A DNA stretch of 64,000 nt from Zygnema circumcarinatum SAG 698-1b (lineage: Eukaryota; Plantae; Zygnematophyceae). Position numbers and translations under genes: made by a program. Location of the stretch: NCBI GenBank assembly GCA_037447605.1, contig CM074804.1, positions 5,247,909 through 5,311,908 of the forward strand. The letters run 5' to 3'. The first letter of the stretch is position 1. Every line of letters begins with the position of its first letter. This document shows, piece after piece, positions 60,177-64,000 of this stretch. The notes under the pieces were generated by a model. The model was not told the DNA's origin. It did not search any database and was given only the letters and a program-made list of their open reading frames with translations.

Positions 60177-62032
60177 CAGGAGCACGAGGTGACTGCAGTC
60201 CAGGTGGCACACCTCGTGCCTATCTGCTCTTTTAAAATGGAGGGATGGTTGTTTCACACATGTCAAGTTTCCGATTCTTCATTTCATTACTGGCGGAGCC
60301 TTTGTTGATGAATGTTATCATGCTCGTTCCAAGATTACTTTTTCAAAAAACGTGGTCTCGTTCCTAGCGACTAATTGTGTCCTGGCCTGGCTTCTCCTGT
60401 ATCTGAGGCCAAAGAGAGCGAGATGTCACACCGCGCAGCGGGATGTTGTCCATCCTCCGCAAAATCTAACCGCCTGCTGCAACACTGTGCTTGGCCGCCA
60501 GGCGCTGGGGGCAGGAAAACCAACGAGGGAAACTGAGCGATTCACACAGCATACGCCGAGTAGGTGCTGGCACAGGCAAAATTTTGCACAGATCTACTTC
60601 AAAAGGAAATGAGTCTGGCTGGTTTCCATCGACAACAAAGAACATTAATGTCCTAAGTTGTTTCATTGAAACGAATTTGCCGATTCAACATGAGCCTCAG
60701 CAGCTGAAAGGACAACCTAAACCCTACGCATGTCTGCTTCTTCGAAAAGTGAAAACACTGCTGTCCTGGTAACCACCCGCATTCCCAAGACGCCCACGGA
60801 ACTGAAACGCGGAAAGAATGAACAAGGGAGACTTGGGGAAAGCGCTCCCAGCGGCAACTGATAGGCGGCAGCGAACGGTTTCCCAATGCCGAAGCAGGGA
60901 CGCTTTTATGATATGGAATGGACCAAGCGCTGGAAAATGAACTAGGCAATTCGAGGACCGAGAATGAAGTCGAAGGTCTGATCGAGTGGTCCCCGCATAG
61001 TAATGAACACGACTTGCCCGAGACTTTGTGACAGAACGGAGAGAGCATAGGTGCATTGCCGCACATCAGAGAAAAAGGATGAAGCTATTTCACTTTCTAT
61101 GGTGTGTGTACTTCCATTCATCTGGAAGTTTCATCTTGGAGCTAAAATCACAAATTCCGCTCGTAGATGTATTTATGTGCACTCTTGGAACAAGCATAGT
61201 TTGAAAGTTAACACATTGAAAACAACATCACCCATCTATGGGTGGCAATACAAGCCAAGCAACCAACGAAGAGCGATATCCACGTTTCAAGAATTTATTT
61301 TTATTTGGAGTCCCTTTCGCAAAAAATTGAGGCCCCTCATTCACTTTGACAGCCTATTATTCACAATGGGAAAAAAAAAAAAAAAAACCTGATTCCATGT
61401 AAACTCCACGGCCACCAGCAGCACTTCATTTTTCTAATTGGACGAGGCATTCCAGTACACGATAAAGGTTGCTCAGTTCCTTTATCCAAATATGTTGTGC
61501 CTGAAACAGGGTGAAACAAGAACATCAGTTCACACTCATAAGTCATTACAACCCACCAACGTGCTACATGCATTTAGCCTGCATATCCAACTTCGGAGGA
61601 GAAGAATCATGAAGTCGCATGCAGCCTGCTAGTTCTGAATCATCATGCGGAGCATGTCTGTCAGTCATTGGAAAGAAACCCGTTGGACCCTTTACTGCAA
61701 ACGCAAAAGCAGCTTTGCAGAATTCCACTCATTTAAGAAACCGTTAGTCCTGTGGGTGTGAGAGAAGGCGGTTACAGGCATACCTTGCGATTGCTGAAAA
61801 GGATGTTCGCAAATATTTGCCGTCATAAAAAATCAACGTAGACAGACGCCTGTCAAGCGCGTTACCTTTTTCAACCTTTGCCAACAGGCGGGCACATCGA
61901 GTGTCTTTCATGAACGAGAGGTATAAAAAAAATCCCCAAGCTCCTGGATTATCCCCAATATAGCACCGGCCTGTTTGTCCATTTACCACTCCTTTTCAAG
62001 AGGAAATGGCCAACTTCCCGTGCTCTTTGACA

Positions 62033-63406
62033 TCAGCATTCTCTGTTCACCAACTCCAGCAGCCTCCGAGAATCAATTCTGTCTGCTCCAGCTGACATGG
62101 CCACAACAAGTACTAATTCCTCTACATAATCCCACTCCACCTCAACAACCCCCTCAAACTCCTCTAAAAACACCTCCATGTTTTTCAATTTCCTCTTCAC
62201 CTTCCTTTCACGTTCTGTTCCGTGGCATAGTAGAGATGCCACTGCCTCTTCTGCTGTTATCCCTAAAATCTGCTCAATCACTGGCTCATCGACACGGGCA
62301 CTGCACAGAAGACTACCATCCTCCAGCGTCACCACTAATCCAAAGTTTTCCATTTTAAACTCTTTTACAGAAGTAAACAAACACTTGATCCAGTGGCGAC
62401 CTGTAAAACCGACCGTTTGGCTGGGCGCAACATTACTTCTTGGATCTGGTCTCAACAGGGTGGCCAAATAAGTGAATGAACGACCCCCCACCTGCCTCAA
62501 ATCTGCATCCTCGGCTGATCGCTGCCGAGAGGTTCCTTCGTTTATGATCACTATCTGCACATCTGAATCTTCATCCAGATCTGCAGGACCCCCGCCCTGC
62601 TCCGTTGCTCTTCCTCTATCTAACGTTTCTCGATTATCTGCTTCTTCTGGATTGGAATGAATCAAACCACTTCCGATCGAAGAACCTGGCAGATGTTCTG
62701 TATCAGCGGTCTGTGCATGGTGGGGTTGCTGATGTCTAACCCTTTGACTTGGAAAGAATGTTGCTTCTGGAGCAACTGACTGCCCAGCAGCGGTATGTTC
62801 TCCAGGTTGCATGGATCCTGTCTCCATCTCTGTCCTTACACGCTCCCTTTGCTCTGTCTCTGCTGAACTTACAGAGCCAGAGGCCCTTCCAAAATCTCTA
62901 GTAGCCTCCTGCTGCGATACCCTCTGCTCTGAGGTTCTCTGAGCTACGGACTCCATCTGAGGCATGGTTTCTGCCGCGTTTCCCTCACTGTCGTTCGACC
63001 AAGCAGCAGCTGTAGCCTCCTCTCTAAGAGACGGTGTAGGAGGTCCTCCTCCAACTCTGCCAGCTGCGCCTCGTCTGCCTCTTCTCCTCGCACCCCTTGC
63101 CGGTTGGTTCCATCTTTTAACTGCTTTTTTCCTCGCCTTTTCTAAAGCTTCAACGCAGCCGCCAAGGACCTCAACACTTTCAGGCGACAATAGAAGCAAC
63201 CCTCGCCTAACGGGGACGTTCCGCACCACTATTTTGACACCGGCTGGCATATGAATTGCAATTGCGGAGATGCGGCGGTACTCAATTGCGGCGACTCGCT
63301 GCACGCCGTCTGTCAAGCTGAGCTTAAGGCACCGCCCTGGAGGTTCCCCGCCACTCTCGTTGTGGCGCTCTTTTGCAGGAGTGCTAATATCCATGGCTTC
63401 GTCAAC
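62033..63406 (-). CDS. RMI1: RecQ-mediated genome instability protein 1, last exon; 5' exons upstream or outside the window
   Basis: RCLKLSLTDGVQRVAAIEYRRI...PAGVKIVVRNVPVRRGLLLLSPESVEVLGGCVEAL (RMI1 N-terminal OB fold) and FTYLATL...LEDGSLLCSARVD...FLEEFEG (RMI1_C). Confidence 0.9.
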   Translation of the reverse strand, partial: VDEAMDISTPAKERHNESGGEPPGRCLKLSLTDGVQRVAAIEYRRISAIAIHMPAGVKIVVRNVPVRRGLLLLSPESVEVLGGCVEALEKARKKAVKRWNQPARGARRRGRRGAAGRVGGGPPTPSLREEATAAAWSNDSEGNAAETMPQMESVAQRTSEQRVSQQEATRDFGRASGSVSSAETEQRERVRTEMETGSMQPGEHTAAGQSVAPEATFFPSQRVRHQQPHHAQTADTEHLPGSSIGSGLIHSNPEEADNRETLDRGRATEQGGGPADLDEDSDVQIVIINEGTSRQRSAEDADLRQVGGRSFTYLATLLRPDPRSNVAPSQTVGFTGRHWIKCLFTSVKEFKMENFGLVVTLEDGSLLCSARVDEPVIEQILGITAEEAVASLLCHGTERERKVKRKLKNMEVFLEEFEGVVEVEWDYVEELVLVVAMSAGADRIDSRRLLELVNREC

Positions 63407-64000
63407 CTGCCCAAACAAGAAAGAAGCAAAACATTTCCGTACTTTCTTGTGAAATGCATCTCCGGAGAGCTAAAAGCTGTCAATTGACGTTGTATGTGAA
63501 ATAACATCTAGGAAGTACAATACACTACAGACAGTGCACGAGTGACTTTGCAGACTCCCACCAAAAAACGCTCATCAAAAACGTTTAAAAGGCTTTTCGT
63601 AAAATAACCGTTCACCTCCTAAATATTATAAGTATATTTATCCGAAGAGTAGTGTGACCGTATGCTGAATTAAATGCTGGGGAGAAAATCTCCTTGCATG
63701 CTCAGCTAAGGAGATAGAAGTGAGCTTAAAGGAGAACAATTCGAACAAGTGTGTCCTCCATGTAGCACATTTTTCAAATTAACGATAGGATGCGATGAAA
63801 TTTCAGCTCATAGCTCTGCCTTCCTTCTTTTCATACTTAATCTAATTCCACCCGCATTCTTCATCCCGATCAGCCCGCCTTTTCCATGACATATACAAGC
63901 ACTTCTAGGGTTAAGAGTTTCTCGGAAAACCTAAAGGCGGTAGAAATCCTGGAGAATTCAAAGCCTGAAACCAGAGTATCCCATCTAAATTTTGAAGCCA

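Overview
Intron-rich eukaryotic genomic DNA. Gene content, GC-rich 5' exons and the retroelement types suggest a green alga or early streptophyte such as Klebsormidium; this is inference only. There are no prokaryotic operons, CRISPR arrays or rRNA genes. Host genes left to right: 3' part of a large G8/fibrocystin-like extracellular protein with bacterial-type modules (+); a double TALE-homeodomain gene (+); ALKBH6 (-); an orphan membrane protein (+); a probable tandem kinase-pseudokinase (-); a DUF4708/C18orf63-like protein with a SAP-like tail (+); an RNase H-like/RBR E3 ligase (-); a SAM-domain protein (+); and the 3' part of RMI1 (-). An ~18 kb transposon island (17171-35303, five 10-N gaps) holds pieces of several Ty3/gypsy elements, a decayed Ty1/copia element, two copies of a 459-bp TRIM and TA-targeting CAG...CTG MITEs, bracketed by long inverted arms. 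Most interesting: (1) a TRIM whose 130-bp LTRs carry a tRNA-like Pol III-promoter module, analogous to the 5S-carrying Cassandra elements, and share termini with a neighbouring gypsy LTR; (2) an extra, possibly Dam/N6-adenine-MTase-like domain between Gag and protease in two gypsy elements; (3) Tc1/mariner-type excision footprints; (4) a two-homeodomain TALE protein lacking Asn51. Exon coordinates and alignments were read by eye and are approximate where stated.
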